64,000 bases of DNA from Eledone cirrhosa (Eukaryota), in the NCBI GenBank assembly GCA_964016885.1, contig OZ024742.1, positions 36,704,001 to 36,768,000 on the forward strand, in the 5' to 3' direction. This document shows positions 14,175 to 26,176 of the stretch, piece by piece. Within the stretch, counting starts at the first letter, position 1; each line of letters starts with the position of its first letter. A model generated the notes under the pieces. That model was not told the DNA's origin. It searched no databases and saw only the letters and a program-made list of their open reading frames with translations. The translations under genes were made by a program, and so were the position numbers.

Positions 14175-14400
14175 CAGTGCCCAGCCGAGCAGTCTTTTTT
14201 AAGGGATCAATTTGTGGATCATGTTCTATTTACTTAAGATACCCTCCCAGTTTTAGTGGTATTGAACCTAAAGCTCCATTAATAACTGAAATTATCTTGA
14301 TGTTGTTAGGTGGTATTCAGGGCATTTGTGCTATTTCGATCTTTAAGTCTGTACATTTCATTTTTTTTTTTTCAATTTACCTCAGAGCTATGTCGTGGTC
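14175..14400 (-). mobile_element. Decayed R4/Dong-like LINE 3' fragment
   Basis: Minus strand reads K-x-T-D-L-K-I-E-I..ISVINGALGSI..KKTARLGT, resembling the RLE C-terminus at 36600-36857. Confidence 0.55.
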
Positions 14401-15640
14401 CCCTGGGGTAAGTCGGTTGGAAGTGGCGAATGCGTATATAGCCTCCGTCATCTACTAATGCCCGATAGACGTGTCTTGCAATGAGGCGCCTACTCTTTCG
14501 CTTTTTGCGGGTGGGACGCGTTCCAATGATCCGACTGCTATCCTCTGCGTGGAGGACTGAGCAAGCCGTGGTTGATGATATGCAAACATGCGCTGAGGCT
14601 ACATCGCCAATGCTTCGTTGACGGTGAACTGGTGATGTTGCCGTTCGTCAGACATGTATTTCCCCCATTAGTTCGATTCCTTAATTGAACTGGAGTCTTA
14701 AGTCAAGCAAAGACCGAGGCGACTGGAATGTCTTCAAACGCTCATAGACCTCTACCAGTTGTGCACTGCAATCGGTGTAAAATCCACGTCAGCATTTCTA
14801 TAGAGGATTAGTTGCAGAGAAAAGTGAGGACGTTCTTAAGGAGACGTTCTCTTCTGGAGAACTTTCAGTCCTGGGCCGATGGATAACTTCCAGAAATCTT
14901 TGGCCTGGCAGTGCTACCGGGAAGCATTGCTAGTTTGAGATATGCTCTACGGGTAGAGACGTGCCATCAGCTGAGCCTGTCCGAGATGCGCACAAGGCGA
15001 CAAATACGTGTTGCACATACTCATCCAGCGTACAAGTATTGCTGACTTGTGGGTTTATGTCGAAAACTAGCTGTTACGTGTATGACTGATCCGGCTATCA
15101 ACAGAATCCATCGTGAAGATAGAAACGTTATTTTCCTTTAGTCGGGAAGGACAGGCAATGTTCATCTGCCTAGTGATCATGAGGAAAGTAGTATAGAGAT
15201 GGACGCGTTTGAACGGGTTGAGGACAGGCACTTTCTCTTTTGGCGAAGACCTATATTAACTTTTTTTCAAATTTCACTTGAGGAATATCGAGGTGGAGAG
15301 GGAAGTGCTGCCTTTCAGCAAGTTTGATAAAAGTTGGATGAGAATTGTGAACATAGTCTCAGATAATGGGTCTGCTCTGAGTATACACCTTTGGATTGGA
15401 GAAGGACAACTGAGAGTGAACATTAACCCTGGCGATCAGGGTGGCCGTAGCTTATTGTGAGTTTTCTCTAAAAATGACCCTCGGAACTCTCCTCCTATTA
15501 GGGAATTTTATTGTTTGAATGTTTTCCGTTTGTAAATTTGGTTAAACTTTTATTACACGCAAAATACTACATTGTACCGACCTGTGGCGTCTTTAATGTT
15601 TTCTTGATGAAAGCCCTGTATGGATAATAAAGAAATCATT
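14400..15640 (+). mobile_element. Decayed Tx1/L1-like LINE 3' part
   Basis: Collinear with 1-875 (gggccgatggataacttccagaaatctttggcctggcagtgctaccg) and ends aataaagaaat. Confidence 0.8.
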
Positions 15641-15647
15641 ATTATTT

Positions 15648-15968
15648 AGCACTACCGATAGAGCGTCGGACAACACGCTCAACGACATAGAGTTACGGCC
15701 TTTTACATTCTGAGTTCAAATCCCGCTGAGGTTAGCTTTGCCTTTCGTCGTAACGGGGTCGATAAATAAAGTACTAGTAATGCACTAGAGTCGATATAAT
15801 GGACTTTCCCCACCTCAAAAAATTGTTGGCCTTGTGCCTATAGTAGAAATCATTATTATTCCCGCCGAGGTTAACTTTGCCTTTCATCCTTACGGGGTCG
15901 ATAAAATAAAGTACCAGTAATGCAATGGGTAATTGCTGGCCTTGTGCCAAAAGAAGAAACAATTATTT
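15648..15968 (+). mobile_element. Two SINE copies
   Basis: Shared core and tail. Confidence 0.75.
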
Positions 15969-16102
15969 CAAATGGTAAAAAAGGGAAATTACTTTTCCTG
16001 TTTCTTCACTGATTGGCTTTCAATCAGTTTGACAAACTGAAAGGCAGTTATACATACATACATACATACATACATACATACATACATACATACATACATA
16101 CA

Positions 16103-16133
<31 letters not shown>

Positions 16134-16159
16134 GTACATACATATGTACATACATACAT

Positions 16160-16707
16160 GATGATGATGATGATGGCTGCCCCCTCGTTATCGAGTATGG
16201 CCATTGCACGATATACCATTATTAATAATTATTAATTAATTCTATCGTGCAATGCCTGTGCATGAATATATCTTTTTAAAGTGAGGAAAGACTGTGCACT
16301 GGGCCAATCCTACTCTATGAGCGACAGTAGCTATACCCCGAAAAGAAGAAAAAATCAACATCATCGGTAACTACTGAGCCGCAGGTTTTATATCGGAGTT
16401 ATCCCAGTTACCTGAGTTGCCTTCTCCTAGAAGAATGCCCAGACAAAGGCTAGGGATCCTTCACTCCCAGTGGTTTAACCGCGCGGTACATGTCTATATA
16501 CATATTTACACACTTTTGGATGGTCGTTGACTCTTATGAGTTCTTCCGCCTTTCGTCAGGTTTTGTTTTTTGTCCTGCAGAGTGTCCAAAATCACCCTCC
16601 TCACCAAGTAAACTTGGTGGGGTTCCCGGTTTAGTCGGCGACGACCCGACCATGCGTCAGGTTGTACTGGGTTACATGTTACCAGTAGCACTCAAGAGTG
16701 ACCCGAC
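16160..16707 (-). mobile_element. RTE-derived non-autonomous element, second subfamily; inverted partner at 17163-17476
   Basis: Same ctaggagaagg motif and ctcg ataa cgag 3' hairpin; flanked by (TACA)n. Confidence 0.65.
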
Positions 16708-16738
16708 ATACATACATACATACATACATATGTTTAGA

Positions 16739-16772
<34 letters not shown>

Positions 16773-16835
16773 CCACACACACACACATACATGTTTTCAT
16801 ATGTAACCCATTTGCAGCGCCGCAGCTCCATTATT

Positions 16836-16890
<55 letters not shown>

Positions 16891-16978
16891 ATAATAATAA
16901 ATTTGAAGACTAAAATCTAAAGAGGGCTCGATAAGGATAAATATATATCAAATATATAAGAACCGTAGAGCAAATATT

Positions 16979-17029
16979 AGTCTCAGAAGCTCCCGTTAAG
17001 GGTGAAAGCAGCGATTCTTTGCTTAAACT
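16979..17029 (+). ncRNA. Degenerate hammerhead in a (TA)n-flanked insert
   Basis: agtct CAGAAGC t ccc gttaa ggg t GAAA gca..tgc TT aaact; two core mismatches. Confidence 0.4.
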
Positions 17030-17045
17030 TTAATCTGCTATTTTA

Positions 17046-17121
<76 letters not shown>

Positions 17122-17162
17122 ATGCGCGGGGACATAGAAATAGACGGGCTGGAAACCCGATC

Positions 17163-17476
17163 GCGCGGTTAAACCACTGGGAGTGAAGGATCCCTAGCCT
17201 TTGTCAGGGCATTCTTCTAGGAGAAGGCAACTCGGGTAACTGGGATAACTCTGATATAAAACCTGCGGCTCAGTAGTTACCGATGATGTTGATCTTTTCT
17301 TCTTTTCGGGTTATAGCTACTGTCGCTCATAGAGTAGGATTGGCCCAGTGCACAGTCTTTCCTCACTTTAAAAAGATATATTCATGCACAGGCATTCCAC
17401 GATAGAATTAATTAATAATTATTAATAATGGTATATCATGCAATGGCCATACTCGATAACGAGGGGGCAGCCATCA
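17163..17476 (+). mobile_element. RTE-derived element 3' part, near-identical inverted copy of 16168-16485
   Basis: Reverse complement with only a few substitutions. Confidence 0.8.
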
Positions 17477-17500
17477 TATATATGTATATATATATATGTG

Positions 17501-17531
<31 letters not shown>

Positions 17532-17560
17532 GTATATATATATATGTATATATGTATATA

Positions 17561-17615
<55 letters not shown>

Positions 17616-17629
17616 ATGTATATATATAT

Positions 17630-17695
<66 letters not shown>

Positions 17696-18363
17696 TGTCA
17701 AAGAAAATATGTTAAAAATTACCTGTGACAGGTAACCCAGAAATGAAATCTAACACTAAATGTGATGGAGGTGGGGATGTGTATATTGGGAAGGTGGTAT
17801 GGTGTGAAGAGGGGGGTGACAAGGTTTCTATTTGTATCAACTTAATGACCCAGACAAGAAAAAATTTTCCGATGTTGTCTTAATTTCAGGTTGGTGTTTG
17901 CTTTTCCCTTTTATGTATGTGTATGTGTGAATGAGTGTGGATGTGTGTGGATGTTTGTGTACGATGATGTGTGTGGATGTTTGTGTACGATGATGTGTGT
18001 GTGTGTATGTGTGTGTGTAAAAGTATACACGTGATGTGCGTATATACACACACACACACACACATACACGCATACACATACACATACAGACATACACACG
18101 CTTGAACAGATATGTGTGAGTAGGTGTGTTTATATTTATGTTTTTTGAAAGTGGGTAAAATGAATTTTGTCTGGTGTCTTGAGTACTTACGTTTGTTGTT
18201 ATTCATTTATTTCATTTGGGGTAGGAATATATTTATATACATATATATATATATGTGTATGTGTGTGTGTGTGTGTGTAAAAGGGAAACAGAAATAATAA
18301 CACAATCGGTACAGTATATGGAAGGAATATATTAGGTTAACGCTTGAAATAGCAGGAAGAGGG

Positions 18364-18399
18364 TCTTAACGTTTTGGACGCTAGTCCTTCATCAGAAGA
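18364..18399 (-). ncRNA. Hammerhead motif with GAAA mutated to AAAA, in the copy of the 1475 repeat
   Basis: ctt CTGATGA a ggac tagc gtcc aaaa cg tt aag. Confidence 0.5.
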
Positions 18400-18530
18400 A
18401 AGAATGAGAAATAAGATAGATTGAAGGGACGGGCGGGTTGGAATTTCAAAAAAATGTCTTTAGATAAAAATAACAGGTCCATTCATAGTGACATCTCTTT
18501 CAAAACTGTTGGTGGTGGCGTTTTGTGTAT

Positions 18531-18623
<93 letters not shown>

Positions 18624-21154
18624 CGAAATCTCTTCGCACATACTGACCCCCGAATGACATCTGGCTGCTATTTCTCTTTATCTTGGCTGGCGCCAGTAGT
18701 CTGCAGAGGCTGGCCAGGTTAGGGTGAAGTGAGATAAGTTTTTCTTTCGATCATTTGACTCTGGTTTCCCGGAACAGAAAGATCACTTCAAGTTGCTCAA
18801 GGAATTAGCGAGATGTAGTACTAGTAAAGAACAAATCAAATTTCACTCCGCCAAAAGGAAGAAATATCTATCTCGACCAATACATTGACATCCTGTCTAA
18901 ATTTCCTCTTAGACGTAATACTAATGTTAGGCCAAACATTAACAAATCAGAAATGTCTGCACTTAAACGTATACAAAATGATAAAACAATAATAATTAAC
19001 AAGCAGATAAAGGGGGTGCAGTTGTTATAATAGATGCTGAATACTACAAAGATTTGGTTGAGGAACAACTGAAAGACACAACATTCTATCATGAAATATC
19101 GTCAAATATAGACCACAACATCATGAAGAAGATCAACAACCTGGCTTCAAAATACCACAACTCACTTACTGATAAGGAAAGAGACTACATCACCAATTTT
19201 GAGCCAAAACCCAGCAACCTGTATGGCCTACCGAAAGTTCATAAGTCAAAAGAAATACAACTGGCAGTAAAAGAACAAAACAGTGAGTACATTAAATTAA
19301 TACACCCAAAAGACTTAAAACTTAGACCTATTATAACTGGTCCAACATGCTCTACCCACCGTCTAAGCAATTTTGTTGACAGTATTTTGAAACCACTATG
19401 TATTCACATACACAGTTTCATCCGGGATGATATCGACTTCCTGTCCCATCTTCCCAAAACCACGGAAACGAATTCACTTCTACTTAGTTTTGATGTGGTA
19501 AGCCTTTACACCAACATTACACATGATTTAGGAATAAAGGCGGTTAAATACTGGGTGTAAAAACATAGAGAAGTGATTCCCACCAGATTCACAGCACCAT
19601 TTATATTAGACGCAGTCAAACTTATTCTGGAAAACAACTTTCTTCTTCAATGGAAAGAATTACATCCAAACTAGAGGTACAGCGATGGGAACGAAGTTTG
19701 CTCCCGTTTACGCGAACTCTGTAATGGGATACTTAGAACAACAACTCTACCAAGAAATAGAGCAAAAATATAGCACTGACTTTAGAAAGTACATTGAAAA
19801 ATCTTGGAAGAGATACCTTGACGACTGTTTCATCATCTGGACAGAATCTCTAGATACTCTGGATGAGTTCAATATCCTCCTGAATAACCTACACCCATCT
19901 CTCCAATTCACAAAAGAGATTAGTAGTACCAAATTACCATTCCTAGATATAATGGTAATCAAAAACGACACCACCATTACCACGGATATATATTATAAAC
20001 ACACAGACACCCATCAATATCTGAATTTTAAGTCGTGCCATTCACCTCATACAAAACACAACATCCCATACTGCCTAGCCAGAAGAATTTGTACCATTGT
20101 AGAAGATACGAATACCAGGAACAAACGCCTAACAGAACTAAGAGAATTTTTGCTCAAACAAAAATACCCATCTCTACTTATAGAAAATGGCATACAGCGA
20201 GCTATAAAAATACCTATACAACAACTTAGGACAACCAAAGGAAGAAGAAACCAAGAACTGGTCATACCATTTATAATGACACACAACCCATGTCACCAGA
20301 ATATCTTCAACACTACCAAAGAAAACCTACCGATCATTGCTCAAAGTAATGAATTAAAAGGCTTAATCACAGACCGATCTTTGACTCGTAGTAAAAGACA
20401 GCCGAAAATTTTGAAGCAATTACTAACAAAAGCAAAGACCTTAACAACAAAGACCAATCATTCACTGTATCTAAATGCAATGATAGTCGATGTGGCACAT
20501 GTCAATCCATACACAATGATCAATATATGAATACAACAACTGGAAAAATATTCCCAAATGCAAATATGAACTGCAAAAGCAGAAATCTAATTTACTGCAT
20601 TAAATGCCCGAATTGTGAAGAACAATATGTCGGTCAAACTGGAAATACACCATCGGAACGTGCACGGGTGCACCGACAGAAAACCAGAGACCCAAATGTT
20701 CGTCAGATACCCCTGAGTATCCATCTAGCAACATGTGGTCAGATAATATTTATAATATTTCCATTCCACAAATTACACAGCCCAAGTGAAATCAAGAGAA
20801 AAATCAAAGAAAAGAATTTTATTGATAAATTCCAACCCAAGCTAAATGAACAATAATAATGGGATATTACTCCTACTATGACTATGACTACGACCATGTC
20901 GACTACTACCACTAACAACAACAACAACAGTAATAATAATGGAAGTGATGTTGATGCTTATGATTACTAGAAAATGCTATTTTCATTATTTCTAAAATGA
21001 GCAAAACCAATCAGCTTTATTAATCCAGTGAATTGGTCGAAATACAGTTTGCAGAATCTAGCATTCTGTAGCCGCTTTTCACTGTATATAAGGCACAAAA
21101 TTTACCCATCTCATTACAGTTGAAAATTGCAAACTTGACTGTCACCACAGAATA

Positions 21155-21193
21155 TGAACCTGAAGATTGAGAAAGCATGAAAGTACTTGTTCA
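21155..21193 (+). ncRNA. Penelope pLTR minimal hammerhead, copy 1
   Basis: tgaac CTGAAGA ttga gaaa gcat GAAA gtac TT gttca; AGTACT palindrome. Confidence 0.75.
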
Positions 21194-21368
21194 ATTAACA
21201 CTTAACATTTAATATTCTACCATACTATTTCATTCTAATGCCATTATAAATTTTAAAGGATTGTAAATAAAACGAGTAAATCAGACAAAGTTGGAATTCC
21301 TTTTATTAATATAATCTTCTATACTCAATCATACACACTTTTGCAAACTTGACTGTCACCACAGAATA

Positions 21369-21407
21369 TGAACCTGAAGATTGCGAAAGCATGAAAGAAC
21401 TTGTTCA
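21369..21407 (+). ncRNA. Penelope pLTR minimal hammerhead, copy 2
   Basis: tgaac CTGAAGA t tgc gaaa gca t GAAA gaac TT gttca. Confidence 0.75.
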
Positions 21408-21586
21408 ATTAACACTTAACATTTAATATTCTACCATACTATTTCATTCTAATACCATTATACATTTTAAAGGATTGTAAATAAAACGAGTAAATCAGAC
21501 AAAGTTGGAATTCCTTTTATTAATATAATCTTCTATACTCAATCATACACACCCGTGTATATTTATTTATATATATATATATATAT

Positions 21587-22206
21587 ATGAATAAATTTAG
21601 TCCTTCATCAGTGATCTTCCAACCTTTATTGGTATTTCATCGCTTTAAAGACCATATACCTCCGGTTGGTGCGAGCAACGGCTAAAGAAAGTCGTTGGGA
21701 CACGTAAATAAGGGGAACGAGCGAGACTGTAAACTCACTCACTCTCTGCTACTCCCTCTCCTACTTCCTCCTGTTTGACCTGTGCGAAATTCTTTCCTCG
21801 CGCACACTTTGACCAGGTTGGTTGTTCCTTTTTTTCTCTCTTGTCTGCGATTTCACAGAACTTATGTTCACCGAATTCAGGGACTAGACTCCTTCTTCCT
21901 CCCGTTTGACCTGTGCGAAATTCTTTCCTTGCTCACATTTCGACTAGGTTTGATGGTCTTTATTCTCTCTCGTCCACGATTTCACAGAACTTATATTCAT
22001 CGATTTCTGGGACTTGACTCCTTCTTCCTCACTTTTCGTTGCATTACCATCTTTGATTGTTTACGGTCTCGCTCGTTTCCCTTATTTACGTGTCCCAACG
22101 ACTTTCTTTAGCCGTTGCTCGCACCAACCGGAGGTATATGGTCTTTAAAGCGATGAAATACCAATGAAGGTTGGAAGATCACTGATGAAGGACTAAATTT
22201 ATTCAT
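21587..22206. repeat. Foldback element with ~148-bp inverted arms around an internal ~125-bp tandem duplication
   Basis: 21587-21735 is the reverse complement of 22059-22206; a related fragment lies at 22380-22425. Confidence 0.85.
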
Positions 22207-22249
22207 ATTTAACCCATTTGCAACCACGCAGCACGTCTTGTTTTCATAT

Positions 22250-22327
<78 letters not shown>

Positions 22328-22657
22328 GAAAAACATGGGGAGAAGAATACTGCATGGTTGCACATGGATTACATATTATAAAATTAGTCCCTCATCAGTG
22401 ATTTGCCAACCATCATTGGTATTTGAGAGAGAGAGAGAGAAAAAAAAAGAGAGAGAAAGAGAGAGAGGGAGAGAGAGAGAGAGAAATAGAGTGAGGGAGA
22501 GATGGATAGATAGATAGATACGTACTATACATTGATACATACATAATCGATAATTAAAATGCTTAGATCGATGGTTTTGCTTCGTTCTTTTGGTCTATGA
22601 AATAACGCTGTAGGGAAAGAAATGACCTTTTTACAGTCTTAAAGTATATTTTCATGA

Positions 22658-22760
22658 TCGAGGTTAACTTTGCCTTTCATCCTTACGGGGTCGATAAAAT
22701 AAAGTACCAGTAATGTACTGGATTATTGCTGGCCTTGTGCCAAAAGTAGAAACAATTATT
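22658..22760 (+). mobile_element. SINE 3' fragment
   Basis: Core and tail. Confidence 0.75.
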
Positions 22761-22762
22761 TC

Positions 22763-22794
<32 letters not shown>

Positions 22795-22850
22795 TTCTTT
22801 CTGAATTTGTTCAGCAAGATTCTTTATCTGAAAACGTGTGTTGAAACCGA

Positions 22851-25218
22851 TATTGTTATACTTTGGGAGAGCCATGTTGCCAATAAGAAACACACGCACC
22901 AGTTGTTTCACTTCAATTTATTATAATAGATTTATAAATTTAGGAATTTATAAATTTCCGGTTGGTTGGTTGGTTCCAAGGGGTCTTCTAATTTTTCTTT
23001 AAGTTTAAGTTTAAGTCTACTGTCCCACCATACCATGAATAAGTTAGTTATGTCGCCTGCAATGCTAACACCAATGGCTGCTCCCTCCTCTTGGGCATAT
23101 GTTTTTCCATTAAATTTGAACATATGTTCCTTAAGGGTTAGTTTTATGCTAGCCCCCACTGCATGTGCAATCATTTTCTTCAGTTCATCGTGGTTTTCCG
23201 GGATCTGTATGGCTCTGGTCCACCCGTTCCATCTATCTGTGTGGGTTTTCTTGGCCATTGAGGTAATGGTAGGTGAGCTGGGAGTCCTACTTAAACTTAC
23301 CTATAGTAATAATTATCTAGATACATATGGCCTTAGCAACCTGTGCCCTACAAGACCAGCAAGAGGCAGACCACCTACCATTACCTCAATGGCCAAGAAA
23401 ACCCACACAGATAGATGGAACGGGTGGACCAGAGCCATACAGACCCCCGAAAACCACGATGAACTAAAGAAAATGATTGCATATGCGGTAGGGGCCAGCA
23501 TAAAATTAACCCTTAAGGAACATATGTTCAAATTTAATGGAAAAACATATGCCCAAGAGGAGGGAGCAGCCATTGGTGTTAGCATTGCAGGCGACATAGC
23601 TAACTTATTCATGGTATGGTGGGACAGTAGACTTAAACTTAAACTTAAAGAACAATTAGAAGACCCCTTAACCCTGATAATGTTCTCCCGCTACGTTGAT
23701 GATATAAACATCGTAGTAAAAACACCCCCACTAGAGAACAGTCAGGAATTAGATAAAAACACAATGGAAAGCATCCAGCAAATAGCTAACTCCATCCACC
23801 AGAGTATTAGAGTTACTATAGACTACCCAAGTAAACACCCCAACCATCGATTACCTGTACTAGACACACAGCTCTGGTTAGATACCATTAATAACAAAAA
23901 ACAAATTCTCCATTCCCATTATGCCAAACCCATGACTTCCAAATATCTGATCCACCGAAACTCAGCTGTTTCGGACCATACCAAAATCAACATACTGATT
24001 GCGGATTTGGTACGGGTGATGAGAAATGTGTCCCGCGTGTGCAACCCCAAAGAACTAGAGAGACACATACAACACTTCATCCACCGTATGCAGTTCTCTG
24101 GTTACAATCAGAGAGATAAAATCAGATTATATAGAGGAGCCAGAACCAAATGGGAAAAAATGGTAAATAATGACACAAATGGGACCTGCCCCTTGTATAG
24201 GAGCAAATTTTGGAATAGATTAGAAAGAACTAGGAATAAGGCTAATAGAATAAACTTATGGTATGATAGCAATAAATACCAGAGTGTAATGTTCATCGAT
24301 ACAACCCCTAGAGGTGAATTAGCTTATACATTTAGAAGGGCCCTATATAAACATAAACTCAATATTAAGATAGTAGAAAGACCAGGTACCTCCATAAAAA
24401 CACTTATTAGCAATACATACCCTTTTCAAAGACCTCCCTGTATAGATAAGAAATGTATAATCTGTAAATTAAGCCCCCATATTAACTGTAAAACTAGAAA
24501 TGTAGTATATAGCATAAGATGTACTGAAGGACAATGTAGAGATAAAAATATAGTGTACATAGGTGAGACAGCTCGTAGTATAGGGGAACGGATAAATGAA
24601 CACTGGCGAGACCTTCAAGATAGTAAAGAATCATCTGTACTCTACCAACATGCTAAAATAGAACATAAGGGTAAATTAGAGAACATATAAATAAAAATAG
24701 AATCTACACACAGAAAAGATGCAATGTTTAGACAAATCACAGAGGCAATCAACATAAATGAACTCCAACCAAAATTTAATAGAAAACATGAATGGAACAG
24801 CAACATCACAACTTACAATTAAGGACAAAATGAAAACACACACGCACATAGAACAACCGACCAACCAGTAACATGTAAATAAACAAATAAATAAACGAAT
24901 ATAAACAAACACAGACACCCGGATGTAACACATGCGCAAACTAAGCACACAACACACACACAAAAACAACATGGCGTAGGACAGAACAAAGGAGAGGCAC
25001 AAACACAAAGAAAAGAATCCCCAGTCACTGAAGAGGTCACAGAATGTGTGACGAAAGAACTTTTACAATATATAAACAATCATCTAGTTGTGGAACCAAC
25101 CAACCAACCTGAAATTTATAAATTCCTAAATTTATAAATTTATTATAATAAATTGAAGTGAAAGCAACTGGTGCGTGTGTTTCTTATTTGCAATATGACC
25201 CTCCCAAAGTATAACAAT
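22851..25218 (+). mobile_element. 5'-truncated Penelope-like element (RT plus GIY-YIG, ~23275-24800) with a compound 5' inversion
   Basis: QEEGAAIG, RYVDDI, LPVLD, HYAKPM and NVVYSIRC..YIGETARS; in-frame stop at 24688; same lineage as 4925-6492. Confidence 0.92.
25024..25066 (+). ncRNA. Penelope pLTR hammerhead
   Basis: gtca CTGAAGA g gtcaca gaatg tgtgac GAAA gaac TT ttac (tgac in the 31020 copy). Confidence 0.75.
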
Positions 25219-25382
25219 ATATATATATAGAGAGAGAGAGGGGGAGATAAATCTACCAAAATATACGGTAGTGTCCAATCCGTATGAAGAACTCAATGTA
25301 ATCCAAATATCATGAAAAGAGAAGGTGTATTCAAAAATGTTTTCGATGAAAATCACAGGAAAACAGAGTCAAGATAAATTAC

Positions 25383-25739
25383 TAAAAACAATGAATAAAA
25401 ACAAAGAAACAGTTCCTTATATTAAAAAATTCATCATTTTACGATCGTTTCTAGGATATATATGTGTGTTGTTATGTATATCATATAGATCTATGTAAAA
25501 ATTTTACAAACTATCAGAGGGAATATACATACGTACACATATATATGCTGTCTTCAGAAATAATGAAGACAGCATATATATGTGTACGTATGTATATTCC
25601 CGCTGAGAGTTTGTAAAATTTTTACATAGATCTATATGATATACATACCAACACACATACATATATCCTAGAAACGATCGTAAAATGATGAATTTTTTAA
25701 TATAAGGAACTGTTTCTTTGTTTTTATTCATTGTTTTTA
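25383..25739. repeat. ~355-bp palindrome next to (TA)n with degenerate hammerhead-like cores at the centre
   Basis: Arms 25383-25556 and 25564-25739; (c)TGAAGA cagc..gct GAGA/GATA. Confidence 0.85.
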
Positions 25740-25742
25740 TTA

Positions 25743-25796
<54 letters not shown>

Positions 25797-25851
25797 ATCT
25801 TGGAATTGAACTGTCAAGACCGTTGAGGTATGTCATACATCAATTCATCTA

Positions 25852-25914
25852 TTTTATCTGACGAGTACGTACTGAAAAAAACAGCACAGTACCTTCGAAA
25901 TATATATAATAAAA
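25852..25914 (+). ncRNA. Minimal hammerhead
   Basis: ttttat CTGACGA gtac gtactg..cagtac cttc GAAA tatata TA ataaaa. Confidence 0.7.
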
Positions 25915-25979
25915 CATTTTGATTATGTGAATGTTTTCATTTATTATTATTCTGAATATATATATATGTATATATATAT

Positions 25980-26018
<39 letters not shown>

Positions 26019-26176
26019 GAAACACACAGATACATGCGGACACACACATATACATGAATGCATCCGCGCTCAACCGTGAGTTAAGGGTGCCAACTTCACC
26101 GATGTTGCTCAATGAATGACTGGGACAGACCAATCCGGTTGAACCAGACTGAACCAGTATCAGAGTTAAAAATACA

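Larger units (their letters stand above)
18621..21552 (+). mobile_element. Penelope-like retroelement with disrupted RT plus GIY-YIG ORF (~18880-20856) and tandem 3' pLTRs (~21128-21337, ~21342-21551)
   Basis: YGLPKVHK, LRPII, SFDVVSLYTNI, AMGTKFAPVYAN, RYLDD, LPFLDI, YYKHTD..YL and NLIYCIKC..YVGQT; internal stop and frameshifts. Confidence 0.92.

Noticed and set aside
20990-21072. GAAA followed by a tacag/ctgta hairpin in the Penelope 3' region
   Set aside because: No recognisable CUGANGA or UH
22966-23275. N-terminus of the 574-aa ORF
   Set aside because: It is the antisense of an inverted internal duplication; the real Penelope frame starts near 23275
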